From Caldisericia bacterium (GTDB lineage Bacteria; Caldisericota; Caldisericia; JAAYUI01): a DNA stretch of 64,000 bases. The DNA is taken from NCBI GenBank assembly GCA_017992555.1, contig JAGOOK010000002.1, forward strand, positions 21,180 through 85,179, read 5' to 3'. The position numbers and the translations under genes were made by a program. Under the pieces are notes generated by a model, which was not told where the DNA came from, searched no databases, and saw only the letters and a program-made list of their open reading frames with translations. Each line of letters begins with the position of its first letter. The stretch's first letter is position 1. Below are positions 1 through 9,952 of the stretch, piece by piece.

Positions 1-1186
1 CATCCAGCAGTGTTTCAACAGAACCCTTGATGGAAGTGACAGGCGTTCTTAGCTCGTGGGAAACATTTGCTACAAATTCTTTCCTCATTCTCTCGAACAT
101 CCTGAGTTTTGTTACGTCCGAGAGGACAATTACTGCCCCGAATATCTTCGAGTCCCTGCCCCTTATTGTCGTCCCGGTGGCCATGATGTATTTTTCGCCA
201 TCAACCCCTGACAGCACAAAATCCTCTTCTACCGGTGAATCTGAAACCAGTGTTTTGCGGACAATTTTTATCAGAGAGGAATTTCTTATGGCCTCGTGTA
301 TGGATTTACCAGCCTGCTTTTCATCAATTCCGAGCAACACCGCAGCATTTTTGTATATCCTGATTATTCTCTCGGAGCTGTCGATTGCGAGAACACCCTC
401 CATCATTGATGACAGGATTGCTTCCTGTTGTACGGCACCGGCATTTGCTGAACGTACCATCGCCTGGACTGCTTCTCCAGTGGTGTTTACAGCTCCAGAG
501 AGCATCTCGAATTCAGCCGGGGCGTCAATATAGAGTTTTGATTTTCCGCCTTCTTCAGCCATTTCTTTGATTTTTCCAGAAATTTGCATCAATGTTCCTG
601 CAATCTTTAATGACGTGGCTCTGGAAATCATGAAGAGTGCAAGAAAAAAAACAAGATAGCATGCAATAAAAAAGACAAAAACCACCAAAATAAGGCTCTC
701 CATTGAATAGAGGGATTGCGAGAACCTTAGCACTCCGATAACTTTTCCATCTGCTTCAAGAGGCACGGCCAGATAGGCCATGTCTTTGCCCAGCGTATAG
801 CTCGACCTGATGTCCTTTCCTGCTTGTCCTAAAATGGCACTCTGGAATTCAGGTCTTGTTTTGTGGTTTTCCATCTGGCCAGGGTTGGCCTGGCTATCCG
901 AGATTACGTTGCCGTCTGTCCCAATGACTGTTATTCTTGTTTGAGAATTGGTGCCTGCCTGCAAAACATCCTGTCTCAACTCCCAGACGCTTTCACTCTT
1001 CAACAATTTTGCATATCTTGCCTGGACAATTCTTGCTTCCGATTCGAGAGAACCAAATATCGTGTCTTCATAACGATTCACGAGGAATATTGAAGTGATG
1101 ATGGACAGCAAGATAATAAAGACCAACCCCGCAATTGCATTTGGCCAGAACAGAGAAAAAAAGATGCCCTTCGTTTTTCTAGTCAT
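1..1186 (-). CDS. sensor histidine kinase (PhoR-like), partial; the C-terminal catalytic part lies beyond the window start
   Basis: The minus-strand frame starts at ATG 1186, forming an ATGA overlap with the response-regulator stop. It encodes an N-terminal TM segment, and the HisKA motif ANVSHELRTPVTSIKG reads from the reverse complement of bases 1-70. The + strand ORF 27..533 is its shadow. Confidence 0.8.
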   Translation of the reverse strand, partial: MTRKTKGIFFSLFWPNAIAGLVFIILLSIITSIFLVNRYEDTIFGSLESEARIVQARYAKLLKSESVWELRQDVLQAGTNSQTRITVIGTDGNVISDSQANPGQMENHKTRPEFQSAILGQAGKDIRSSYTLGKDMAYLAVPLEADGKVIGVLRFSQSLYSMESLILVVFVFFIACYLVFFLALFMISRATSLKIAGTLMQISGKIKEMAEEGGKSKLYIDAPAEFEMLSGAVNTTGEAVQAMVRSANAGAVQQEAILSSMMEGVLAIDSSERIIRIYKNAAVLLGIDEKQAGKSIHEAIRNSSLIKIVRKTLVSDSPVEEDFVLSGVDGEKYIMATGTTIRGRDSKIFGAVIVLSDVTKLRMFERMRKEFVANVSHELRTPVTSIKGSVETLLD

Positions 1187-1872
1187 AGTTCCCTGAAGCG
1201 GTAACCCACCCCCCTGACGGTTTCGATGTAGTCCCCATATTCTCCAAGTTTTTTCCTGAGGCCAACAACCTGGACGTCGACCGATCTGTCTGTTACAGGA
1301 TAATCAAGTCCCTTTATTGCGTCTATGATTTGGTATCTTGTGAACACCCATCCAGGTTTTTTGGCGAGAAAATGGAGGATTGAAAATTCCGTATGGGTTA
1401 GTTCCACCAGAGAACCTTTTACAAATACCTTGAATCTTCCTGGATCAATCTCCATCTCGTCGTATCTGAGCGGGGCATTTTCGTCGGTTACAGTCTTGCC
1501 ACGTCTTCTGAGTACTGCCCTGATCCGTGAGACAAGCACCCTTGGACTGAATGGTTTTGTGACATAGTCATCAGCGCCAAGCTCAAGGCCTGCAACGATG
1601 TCTGCTTCCTCACCTTTTGCAGTGAGCATTATGATTGGTATTGACGATATAGACTGGTTTTTTTTGAATTCTTTACAGACATCCAGACCATCAATTCCCG
1701 GCAGCATGAGATCAAGCAGAATTATGTCAAAAGTTTTTGTTTTGATTATTTTGAGCGCGTCTTCCCCAGAAGTTGCAGTGGTCACATTAAAACCATTTTT
1801 TGCAAGGTTGTATCTAAGCAGTTCCAGAATGTCTTCTTCATCGTCCACAATAAGTATGTTTTCCCTGGGCAT
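1183..1872 (-). CDS. OmpR/PhoB-family response regulator (receiver plus winged-helix)
   Basis: Receiver motifs LIVDDEEDI, DIILLDLMLPGIDG and LTAKGEE are present, followed by a C-terminal winged-helix ending VRGVGYRF. The gene is translationally coupled to the downstream kinase. Confidence 0.9.
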   Translation of the reverse strand: MPRENILIVDDEEDILELLRYNLAKNGFNVTTATSGEDALKIIKTKTFDIILLDLMLPGIDGLDVCKEFKKNQSISSIPIIMLTAKGEEADIVAGLELGADDYVTKPFSPRVLVSRIRAVLRRRGKTVTDENAPLRYDEMEIDPGRFKVFVKGSLVELTHTEFSILHFLAKKPGWVFTRYQIIDAIKGLDYPVTDRSVDVQVVGLRKKLGEYGDYIETVRGVGYRFREL

Positions 1873-2009
1873 TTCCTACCTTCCGGTTCTTTGATGGCCC
1901 CAATTATTATTGATAATTGTAAGAAAAATGTGAGGAAATTAATAATATCTTTTTATTACTTTTTGAGTCAAACTGGTAAAAACCCGCCAGGTAATGGTTT
2001 TGGGTTGGC

Positions 2010-2234
2010 CTAGCGCTTTTTTCGGAGTGAATGTGCCCTGTTCACAAAAGCACAGCCTCTATTCCCTCTTCGCCTTGAAATCCAGAGCTTTTCGGAGACA
2101 CCGCCGGAGTTTGCCATGCAGATCTTGCATCCCCAATATGTGGTCGTCCACCATTTTGGCAGGGCAGCAGTCCTCACGCTGTCACAGATGTGCAGGGCGG
2201 TTGCTCTCTGGATTGAAGCTGGTTTTTTCTTCAT
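2010..2234 (-). CDS. small basic 74-aa protein with four Cys (putative zinc-binding), co-transcribed with the nitroreductase
   Basis: The nitroreductase TAA stop is followed by AAAGGAGACAAG and then ATG, a canonical Shine-Dalgarno with 5-nt spacing. The protein has Cys17, Cys37/Cys40 (CKIC) and Cys61. Confidence 0.45.
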   Translation of the reverse strand: MKKKPASIQRATALHICDSVRTAALPKWWTTTYWGCKICMANSGGVSEKLWISRRRGNRGCAFVNRAHSLRKKR

Positions 2235-2246
2235 CTTGTCTCCTTT

Positions 2247-2837
2247 TTAGCTGTCTTGAAGCGGTTTTGTGCGCTCAAGCTTTGGGTCAAATTTGTCAAT
2301 GCTTGCTATCTCATCGTTTGGGAGCCTCTCCGGCCTTGTTTTTTCATCTGCAATCTGTTTTTCGGACATAACCGAGTTGAGCTCTGCCGCGTGTTTCCCT
2401 ACATTGACCAGCGTAACGACTTGCCAGTCATCAGGTATCCCCAGAACTGCCCTGGTTTTTTTGGGGCTGTATCCTGCAATCGGGTGAGCAACCAGTCCGA
2501 GTTCTGTGGCCCTGAGTATCATGAATGCTACTGCCATGCCGGTGTCGAAGAGGTGATATTCCCTATCGTATATTACGCAGTCATTTTCCTTTTTGGACAG
2601 TACCACAACAATCATCGAATCTTTGAACGTCCATTCATTGCCCTTTGACATCACCTGCTGCATTTGAAGAAGTACATCCGGGTTTTTCACGAAAATAAAG
2701 CGCCATGGCTGATTGTTAAAGCATGACGGCGCAAGTTTTAGAAAACCAATCAGATCTTCGATGAGTGCATCAGTTATCTCTGCTTTTTCCAGCGATCTGT
2801 AAGCCCTTCTTGCCAAAATTGCGTCTTTTACATCCAT
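2247..2837 (-). CDS. nitroreductase-family protein
   Basis: Its length, the motifs RRAYRSL and NNQPWRFIFV, and a conserved C-terminal region are typical of the NADH-oxidase/nitroreductase fold. Confidence 0.7.
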   Translation of the reverse strand: MDVKDAILARRAYRSLEKAEITDALIEDLIGFLKLAPSCFNNQPWRFIFVKNPDVLLQMQQVMSKGNEWTFKDSMIVVVLSKKENDCVIYDREYHLFDTGMAVAFMILRATELGLVAHPIAGYSPKKTRAVLGIPDDWQVVTLVNVGKHAAELNSVMSEKQIADEKTRPERLPNDEIASIDKFDPKLERTKPLQDS

Positions 2838-3283
2838 TTTCCAAGCTCCCCAATTATCTCCGCAATATCAGGAAGTTCCGATATGGGATAGATTTTGATG
2901 AACCTTATGATTCCTTTTTTATCGACAATAATGTTTGCTCGCTCTGAGAAACCGTCATCTTTCCTGAATATGCCAAGCAGCGAGGCGAAATACCCATGGG
3001 GCCAGAAATCTGACAAGAGCGGTATTTTTTCTATTCCGAGTTTTTTTGCCCAGGCGTGTTTGCTAGGAACAGTGTCAACGCTCAGGCCGAGTGCAACGAC
3101 GCCCATCTTTTCAAAATCATTTGCATGTTCCTCCAGCGATTGCATCTGCTGGGCACAAACTTTTGTCCATGCCAGCGGGTGCCACGAGAGGAGGACCATT
3201 TTCCCTTCCAGCAATTTTTTGCTCCATTCTTTTTTGTTGTGGTCAGTCAGTGTGAAATCTGATAGTGTATCTCCAGTGTTCAT
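2828..3283 (-). CDS. thioredoxin-fold peroxiredoxin-like protein (AhpC/TSA/redoxin family)
   Basis: It is 151 aa with a WTKVC active-site-like motif in a redoxin-type context and overlaps the downstream nitroreductase by 10 nt. Confidence 0.55.
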   Translation of the reverse strand: MNTGDTLSDFTLTDHNKKEWSKKLLEGKMVLLSWHPLAWTKVCAQQMQSLEEHANDFEKMGVVALGLSVDTVPSKHAWAKKLGIEKIPLLSDFWPHGYFASLLGIFRKDDGFSERANIIVDKKGIIRFIKIYPISELPDIAEIIGELGKWM

Positions 3284-3468
3284 TTCTCCTCCTTTGGGTG
3301 GATTATATGGTATTAGTCTTGATTATCAAATTCATATTTATTTATATGTTGTAGCAGGTTTTTTGGAATATTCCATTTTTCTTGCTTAGATGTGTTTATT
3401 TGCATTAAAGCAATATGGTCTCCAAATATTTTATTGTCAAAATGCTCAAGCGGTGTATCTAACTTCCC

Positions 3469-5118
3469 GTGAGTTACATACATCATGAAAAGATAAGCTA
3501 CTGGTTTGACGCATTGCTGGCCTTCGCGCTGGGCGGCCTTGCATGTCTGGCCGTTTACGGGTTTCAGTTGACACTGAGTCTTGGTAGCTACTTCAATCCT
3601 GAAAAAATGAGTGCCATCTGGGTCATTGCCATCCCGTCATTGAGCGGCCTCATCGTTGGATCAGTTTCATATTTCCTTGGAATAAGTGGTGCCGGGGCCG
3701 TTGTTGATACAATAGCTGGAGCAAACCTCAAGAGAAGGATACTTGCAAAGCCTTCGTCACTTCTCAAGCCAGTACTTGCCGCGATCTCGATTGTCGGTGG
3801 CAATCCTGTTGGTTCTGGAACAGTCATAATGCTTGGCGGTACGGTTGCTGCATTTATTGGACAATATCTAAACATACCGCACAGGAGAAGGCGCTTATTG
3901 ATTGGGTGTGGCGCTGCAGCAGGTATTGCATCAGTATTTCTTTCCCCTTTGGCAGGCATTGCTTTTGTGATTGAGGTTGTCCTGATGGAATATAGCCCGT
4001 ATACCTTCTCAATGCTTGCGCTGTCTAGTGGCAGCGCTTTCCTGTTCTCCAAGATAATTGGCATTAAACCACTTTTCCCAATCCCATCTTTTCTTGCACC
4101 AAGGACAATCCACCTGATAGTATTCGCATTGATAGGTATTTCCTGCGCGATTGTATCTTTTATATGGGCCAAGTTTATGTCCTATCTGGAAAGAAACAGA
4201 AACAAAGTCAAATACTGGCAGATATTTGGTCCACTCATTGGTGGCCTTGTGACTGGAACTATCGCTATTTTCATACCAGAAATCTGGGGCCCTGGTTTTG
4301 GAGCGATTGGAGAAGCGCTTGAAACCGTGAAGCCTGTACTGATTTCACTTTGCATTGTTGGCGTCAAAATTGTTGGCTCATCAGTCGTTCTTGGGCTTGG
4401 TGGGGCTGGCGGTGACCTTGCCCCTGCAATATTTATTGGTGCTTTCATCGGTGCCGCTTTTGCCCCGATTGCCCCGGCCTATCTGCCAGCTTTTGTTTTC
4501 GCGGGCATTTGTGCCCAACTGGCATCAGCTTTTCATGCCCCACTAACATCAGTTCTGCTCGCACTTGAAATGACCGGCCAAATGACGCTCATAGTTCCTG
4601 TTGTAATGGCTACTTCTGTGGCATCACTCCTCTCAATAAAGCTCTCTCCAAGGTCAATATACCAGGAAGGGCTCCACAAGAGGGGAATACAGAGCAAACT
4701 CGGTCAGTTCCAGAACCCCTCCGAAACGAAGATTACTGATGTCATGTCATCTAACCTGATAACAATTGACCAGCAGGAGTCTGTAAAAAAAGCCATCGAT
4801 CTGATGAGAAACAGTCATCTCTCTGGACTCCCAGTTCTTGATGGGAGGAACCTTTTTGGGGTGATAACGCTTTCTGATCTAAGAAGTAATGTCACGACAG
4901 CTGACCTGGAAAAACCTGTAGGGTCATTTTGCTCAACCGATCTTGTCACTATAACACCCGACGCAGTCCTCTCGGACTGTGTTGCCGAGATGTCTGAGAA
5001 CGAGATTGGCAGATTGCTTGTTGTGTCTTCATCCAATCCGAAGAAGCTCCTTGGGATTGTTTCAAAGAAAGACCTTTTGGAGTTGGCCACAAGGCGCTAT
5101 GCTCAAATAGATGAATAA
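3469..5118 (+). CDS. ClC-type chloride channel family protein with C-terminal CBS-domain pair
   Basis: A polytopic Gly-rich TM core (GSGTVIMLGG and similar) is followed by two CBS-like modules (SDVMSSNLITI...GLPVLD, GIVSKKDLLE). The start at 3469 is GTG, and the true start is uncertain (possibly the ATG at 3604). Confidence 0.6.
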   Translation: MSYIHHEKISYWFDALLAFALGGLACLAVYGFQLTLSLGSYFNPEKMSAIWVIAIPSLSGLIVGSVSYFLGISGAGAVVDTIAGANLKRRILAKPSSLLKPVLAAISIVGGNPVGSGTVIMLGGTVAAFIGQYLNIPHRRRRLLIGCGAAAGIASVFLSPLAGIAFVIEVVLMEYSPYTFSMLALSSGSAFLFSKIIGIKPLFPIPSFLAPRTIHLIVFALIGISCAIVSFIWAKFMSYLERNRNKVKYWQIFGPLIGGLVTGTIAIFIPEIWGPGFGAIGEALETVKPVLISLCIVGVKIVGSSVVLGLGGAGGDLAPAIFIGAFIGAAFAPIAPAYLPAFVFAGICAQLASAFHAPLTSVLLALEMTGQMTLIVPVVMATSVASLLSIKLSPRSIYQEGLHKRGIQSKLGQFQNPSETKITDVMSSNLITIDQQESVKKAIDLMRNSHLSGLPVLDGRNLFGVITLSDLRSNVTTADLEKPVGSFCSTDLVTITPDAVLSDCVAEMSENEIGRLLVVSSSNPKKLLGIVSKKDLLELATRRYAQIDE

Positions 5119-5144
5119 CTAAGTGGCAGGAAGGGAGGAGCAAA

Positions 5145-6392
5145 ATGAAAAGCAATATTTTTACAAAAGCCATCTTGCTGGTTCTGCTCTGTTCAACAAT
5201 CGCAGGTTGCGGTTTATATGACCTGCCAGTAAAACGATTGAGCAGAAACAGAATAAAAGGCGACCTAATTGGATACTTTCTTAATTATGATAGAGATAAA
5301 CATGATCTGGTAAATTTTATAAAACCAATCACGCTCGAAAGGTCTACCGTTTATGCTTATGATGATCCTGGGCTGAACAGCGTGCGGGAGATTCTTACCG
5401 TTGGAGGCAAGGTTGTTTCACGGCTGGTATCTCCAAAGACAGATCTTGACTTGTACTTCTTGCATGATATTGGCAATTCAAGATATTTAGCTAGATATAG
5501 CATTTCTGGTGAAAAAATATTTGACGTGCCAGTTCCAAAAGAAAACACCACAATTATTGGAAACAACTATAAAAGATCATACTATGAAGACGACCTTGTT
5601 TTCTGCCAGACAGATGACAGAAAAGCAGTTCATGTATATCGAAATGGGAAACTTGCCAATAAAATAATCTTCAAAAGGCCAATGTATTTTCTTCCTGGAA
5701 TTTTCATGGCTTATGATGGTGAAAATCTCCACAGGTTCTCGCAGACGAAAGAGCTAAAGGAAATCCAGGTCATAAGTTTGGGTCAGGTTGGCGATCTGTC
5801 AAAAGCAATCCTTGATACACAGCCATATGCAAGCTTTGAGGAAATGCCAAAAGCCATTTCGATATATGATGGCAAATCAGTTTTCTATTTCGATTATGAT
5901 GATAACGACAATCTTTTCCTTGCCTTGAAAAGGGACATCAAAGTGCTTGGCAAGAGCGCAGATTACAGAGCTTTCCCAACAGATGATGGTATTTTCACAA
6001 TAGAACCAAGGGCTAGGGTTTCTAATCTCTTTCCAAAACCAAATCCTAAACGCATTGATAAGTGCTATTTCAATCTCCTGATTCCCGAATTAAAGGATTA
6101 TGTCCCTGTAACAACACTTGATATGGAACCATGTATATACCCTCACCCAAATCTATTTCAGAAAAAATCTGGCAGATACACAAATTTGTCAATCTTGTCT
6201 GATTACGGTGAGCAATATTTATTGCTTTACAATATTTGGCCCATAAAGGATGAAATAATTGCTGTTGCTGGTTACGACATTTATTTGTATCTATTCTGTA
6301 AAAATGGTGTGTATCTTGTAGAATATAGCAAGTACGGGTCTAATCGAGATAAGCTAGAAATTATTGATATGTTGCCCAGAAATATCCCGTGA
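5145..6392 (+). CDS. hypothetical lipoprotein
   Basis: A signal peptide with lipobox LCSTIAGC is present, and a GGAGG ribosome-binding site lies upstream. Confidence 0.6.
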   Translation: MKSNIFTKAILLVLLCSTIAGCGLYDLPVKRLSRNRIKGDLIGYFLNYDRDKHDLVNFIKPITLERSTVYAYDDPGLNSVREILTVGGKVVSRLVSPKTDLDLYFLHDIGNSRYLARYSISGEKIFDVPVPKENTTIIGNNYKRSYYEDDLVFCQTDDRKAVHVYRNGKLANKIIFKRPMYFLPGIFMAYDGENLHRFSQTKELKEIQVISLGQVGDLSKAILDTQPYASFEEMPKAISIYDGKSVFYFDYDDNDNLFLALKRDIKVLGKSADYRAFPTDDGIFTIEPRARVSNLFPKPNPKRIDKCYFNLLIPELKDYVPVTTLDMEPCIYPHPNLFQKKSGRYTNLSILSDYGEQYLLLYNIWPIKDEIIAVAGYDIYLYLFCKNGVYLVEYSKYGSNRDKLEIIDMLPRNIP

Positions 6393-6482
6393 AAAGTGTT
6401 TGACTGATACTATCATTTAGCGAATAATTTGTTAAAACGGTTATGTCTTTTAGAGTGTCCAATCAGGCAGGAGGCAATAATT

Positions 6483-7241
6483 ATGGAAAAAGATGAAATA
6501 AAGCAGGTCATACAAAAGCACTACAGTGAAATTGCGGCCAAAAACGGGTCCGGGTGCTGCGGAAGCAGCTGTGGTTGTGGCGCCAACATCACCAACGCAC
6601 AGATTGCAAAAAGCCTTGGATATACTGATTCGGAGATAGCATTCGCTTCGGAGGCCAATCTTGGCCTTGGCTGTGGCAATCCAACCGGAATGGGGAACAT
6701 CAAGGAGGGCGAAACTGTCCTTGATTTGGGTTCTGGTGCTGGTTTTGACTGTTTCCTGGCCGCAAAAAAGGTTGGCGATAAAGGCCATGTGATTGGTGTT
6801 GACATGACCCAGGAAATGATTGACAGGGCAGGTCAGAATTCCAGAAAGAATGGTTTTGGCAATGTCGAATTCAGGCTCGGAGACATAGAAAAATTGCCTG
6901 TTGAAAGTAACTCCGTTGACGTTGTCATAAGCAATTGCGTTATTAATCTTGCCCCGGACAAGCTAAAAGTTTTCAGTGAGGCCTTCCGGGTCCTTAAAAA
7001 GGGTGGCAGGATGTATATCTCAGACATTGTCTTGCTGAAGGATCTCACACCAGAGCAAAAGAGAAGTGAAGAACTGATAGCAGGATGCGTGGGTGGGGCC
7101 CTGCTGAGGGACGATTACCTGAAAATAGTCAAAAAAGCAGGTTTTGAAGTCAATATTCTTTCAGAGGACAAGGGCATCAGTGAAAGGCAGTATCAAAGCA
7201 TTCCTCTGGAGAGCCTCAAGATAGAAGCCAGGAAGATATAG
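6483..7241 (+). CDS. arsM: arsenite S-adenosylmethionine methyltransferase (ArsM-like)
   Basis: An N-terminal Cys cluster (CCGSSCGCG), the LGLGCGNP motif, the SAM motif VLDLGSGAGFD and SNCVINL...VLKKGG are present. The ribosome-binding site GGAGG lies 8 nt before the ATG at 6483, and the track ORF begins upstream at 6429. Confidence 0.85.
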   Translation: MEKDEIKQVIQKHYSEIAAKNGSGCCGSSCGCGANITNAQIAKSLGYTDSEIAFASEANLGLGCGNPTGMGNIKEGETVLDLGSGAGFDCFLAAKKVGDKGHVIGVDMTQEMIDRAGQNSRKNGFGNVEFRLGDIEKLPVESNSVDVVISNCVINLAPDKLKVFSEAFRVLKKGGRMYISDIVLLKDLTPEQKRSEELIAGCVGGALLRDDYLKIVKKAGFEVNILSEDKGISERQYQSIPLESLKIEARKI

Positions 7242-7274
7242 GATTCATTTCTCAACTCCCAAGCAAGCTTTGTT

Positions 7275-8564
7275 TTATGGCAATTCGCATCCACAAATAT
7301 TTAACTCTTCGTAATCACTGCCACTGGATTGTCTCCACCTTGTCCACATCGCATACTTGTTGTCAATAAAAATATTGAGGCATTGTGTGCTGTTTTCATC
7401 CAGCTGGAGATTGTTTTGAGTGCTTAGGTCGTAGAGGTATGGAATACCCGTAGAATTCTTCAGTTCACCTTTTCTCCAGCCAACATACGATTGGGTAACC
7501 ATATCGGGAGCTTGATGATAATCAAGCGTATTTGTATCAGTGACAAATGTTGACTGGCTGTCACTGACTTTTTTGTAGGCAACGGCCCAGAAAGTTCCAT
7601 TGTTATTTGTCACTTTTTCATCCCAGCAGACATAGGTGTCGTCTGCATTTGAACCACTTGATATGCGAGCTTCATTGATCTCGTTTGTTGTGATTGTCGT
7701 TGTGGTCTTGTTTTGAAGGTCAAAAACGTAAACTCCCAAATTATTATGATCTGTTGCTGTTTCAGCACCCTTGAATAGAACGTATCTGTCATTCATGAAA
7801 AATCTGGATTGGCTTCCTGGTGTTGTTACAATCGGAAATTCCTGCTGTTTTGACATGTCGTAGCCATAGATGTCAAGACCCGCGGTTTCCTGGTTTCTGA
7901 AATCAACCCAGCAGATATAGTTGCCATATTTTTTGGGCGACGTGGCATAAACAGATTCCGGGGTTATTCTTTTTGAGGTCTTTGCATTGATGTCGTACAG
8001 ATAGATTGAACTAATGTCTTCGCCATCTTCTTTTGCGTATACAATATAGTCTCCATTTATCCATGGTTTGTATACGGTGATTGTGCTTGGGTATGGGTGT
8101 GATTCAATGGTTGTCTCTATTTTTGTCCTGTAGTCATACATTCTTATTGTGTCATATCTTCCCTTGCCGACTAGCTGGTCATGTTTTTCATCCCATACAA
8201 CTCTTTCTCCATCGGCCATATAACTTGAAACCATGCTCAGGACAGACTCTTCGGTTTCATGGATTGCCATGCCAAAGGTGTCTGGATCACGCAAGTTTAG
8301 TTTGTTGATATCAAGCGTAAACCCCATCCATCCGCCGTTTTTGGTGCTAACGGTTTCAGTAACCAGCGCCCTGTGCGAGTTGTCTTTGAATAGATCGATC
8401 ATCTCTGTGCCATTTCTTCTGTATTCCCACACAAAATGTTCACCGACTTTTCTTGTGTCCAGATATGGTTTTGTGCCAGAGTTGCCATGTACCACAAAAA
8501 TGACTTCTCCAACTGCAATGACAAGTATAGACGTAGCCAATACCCACAATATTTTTCTTTTCAT
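7275..8564 (-). CDS. membrane-anchored secreted beta-propeller repeat protein (TolB/WD40-like repeats)
   Basis: An N-terminal TM segment after MKRKILWV is preceded by an AGGAGG ribosome-binding site before the ATG at 8564. Repeated hydrophobic/aromatic blade-like segments follow. Confidence 0.5.
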   Translation of the reverse strand: MKRKILWVLATSILVIAVGEVIFVVHGNSGTKPYLDTRKVGEHFVWEYRRNGTEMIDLFKDNSHRALVTETVSTKNGGWMGFTLDINKLNLRDPDTFGMAIHETEESVLSMVSSYMADGERVVWDEKHDQLVGKGRYDTIRMYDYRTKIETTIESHPYPSTITVYKPWINGDYIVYAKEDGEDISSIYLYDINAKTSKRITPESVYATSPKKYGNYICWVDFRNQETAGLDIYGYDMSKQQEFPIVTTPGSQSRFFMNDRYVLFKGAETATDHNNLGVYVFDLQNKTTTTITTNEINEARISSGSNADDTYVCWDEKVTNNNGTFWAVAYKKVSDSQSTFVTDTNTLDYHQAPDMVTQSYVGWRKGELKNSTGIPYLYDLSTQNNLQLDENSTQCLNIFIDNKYAMWTRWRQSSGSDYEELNICGCELP

Positions 8565-8769
8565 GCCCCCTCCTTGATGTTTTAAGTTCATGATAGCGGC
8601 CTGCAGTTGAATGCGCAAATCTGACAATCATCTTGCCCTTTGCAGTCAAACTCCCTTTATATAATGTAAAAGCTAGCTCCCTTAATGGGGGGGATGCCAA
8701 ACCAGTTGTTAACATTTCGCCAAGTTTCGGCAGTTTATTGGTAGTATTGTTGTAAAATCTTAGTTGGTT

Positions 8770-9930
8770 CTATAATTCCAGATAAACATCTATCTTGATG
8801 GAGTCAGCGTATTTCTGGTACCAATTATTTTCTGCCTCTATCTTCTTGATTGTGTAAAGGTAGTTTACGACGTCTTTCCAGACAGCCTCAAAGTTGGGCT
8901 TCGGTTTCTTGCCGCCATCAGTGAAGAAATAATCCCAGGCGTAGGTCTCGTAGTCCAGCTTCAGTATTACAAAACTGCCATTGGCCTCAATTACATCCGA
9001 AATTTCGCCAATCTTCAACGAGAACGCCACTTTTTCCATTTGTGGAGGGAGATAGCCCTTTGGCATCAGCTGTGACATCCTGCCGCCATTCTGGCCACTT
9101 TCCATATCCTCGGAGTACATTGTCGCCACATCTGCAAAGGTCTTGTCTTTCCCGATCATCGCCTTCAGACTCTCGGCATATTTTTTTGTCGGTTCGTAGA
9201 GCTCCTTGCCGTCGATCTTCTCGTCGTAAAGCACCACTATTTGTGAAAGACCGAGCAGTTTTGATTCAAAAAATTCTTTTGCCTGGTCTTTTGTTACTTT
9301 CAGGTTTTTAGTCACGTTGTCTGACACCTTTTGCCTGATCACTTGCCTGAGAAATATTGGATCACCCTTGATTGTTTCCTTGAGTCCCTCGATCCCGCCG
9401 AGATCGGTGAGCTGTTTCTCGAGCGATTGCCTTGAGCCTGCTTCATGGATTCTTGCATCTATTTCCGAGGCAATAGCTGCATCAATTTCTTTTGATGTCG
9501 GCAAGATACCATTTTTTTTTGCATAGTTTTCGTAAACAGCGTATTCTACAAGCTGATTCAGCGCGTCTTCCCTGGCTGCTTGCAGTATGGAGGTGTTTTT
9601 TGGGTCATCGATATCTGTTCCTTCAGCGAGAGCCTGTTGTCTGGTGGTGTTGACCAGCTGTGAAAAAACTGACAATGGTACTTCAATGTCCCCGACCTTT
9701 GCCACCACACCCGTCGGGCCTTTAATTTTTGGCTGGGAGACAGGTCTTTCCACTGTTTTTGTATTTTCTGTGGTCTTATTCTTAAAGTATTCTACCAGCG
9801 TAAGCGTCGCACCGGCCATAAGCCCTAGGGCTATGACGGACAGAATGATTATCCTGAGATAGTTCTTTTTCACGGAAGTGATTTTACATTCAGGATGCCG
9901 GTTGTCAAAGGGCTTTATGGAAACTGGCAA
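8770..9930 (-). CDS. parvulin-type peptidyl-prolyl isomerase (SurA/PrsA-like)
   Basis: An N-terminal TM/signal segment and a SurA-like helical region are followed by the PpiC rotamase signature FSLKIGEISDVIEANGSFVILKL. Confidence 0.65.
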   Translation of the reverse strand: MPVSIKPFDNRHPECKITSVKKNYLRIIILSVIALGLMAGATLTLVEYFKNKTTENTKTVERPVSQPKIKGPTGVVAKVGDIEVPLSVFSQLVNTTRQQALAEGTDIDDPKNTSILQAAREDALNQLVEYAVYENYAKKNGILPTSKEIDAAIASEIDARIHEAGSRQSLEKQLTDLGGIEGLKETIKGDPIFLRQVIRQKVSDNVTKNLKVTKDQAKEFFESKLLGLSQIVVLYDEKIDGKELYEPTKKYAESLKAMIGKDKTFADVATMYSEDMESGQNGGRMSQLMPKGYLPPQMEKVAFSLKIGEISDVIEANGSFVILKLDYETYAWDYFFTDGGKKPKPNFEAVWKDVVNYLYTIKKIEAENNWYQKYADSIKIDVYLEL

Positions 9931-9952
9931 GATTTTCAGTTAATATCTGATT

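Noticed and set aside
27-533. 168-aa + strand ORF at the window start
   Set aside because: It is the antisense shadow of the histidine-kinase gene. The minus-strand frame reads through the HisKA motif SHELRTP and continues to the ATG at 1186, which is coupled to the response-regulator stop.
3588-4448. Minus-strand ORFs (194 aa, 88 aa) inside the chloride-channel gene, and similar antisense ORFs inside the Ca-ATPase (14537..16345), mgtA (19765..21817), the large acidic protein (40101..41108) and valS (45226..46611)
   Set aside because: They are fully embedded in long, motif-supported genes on the opposite strand. They have Ala/Pro/Ser/Arg-rich shadow composition and no ribosome-binding sites.
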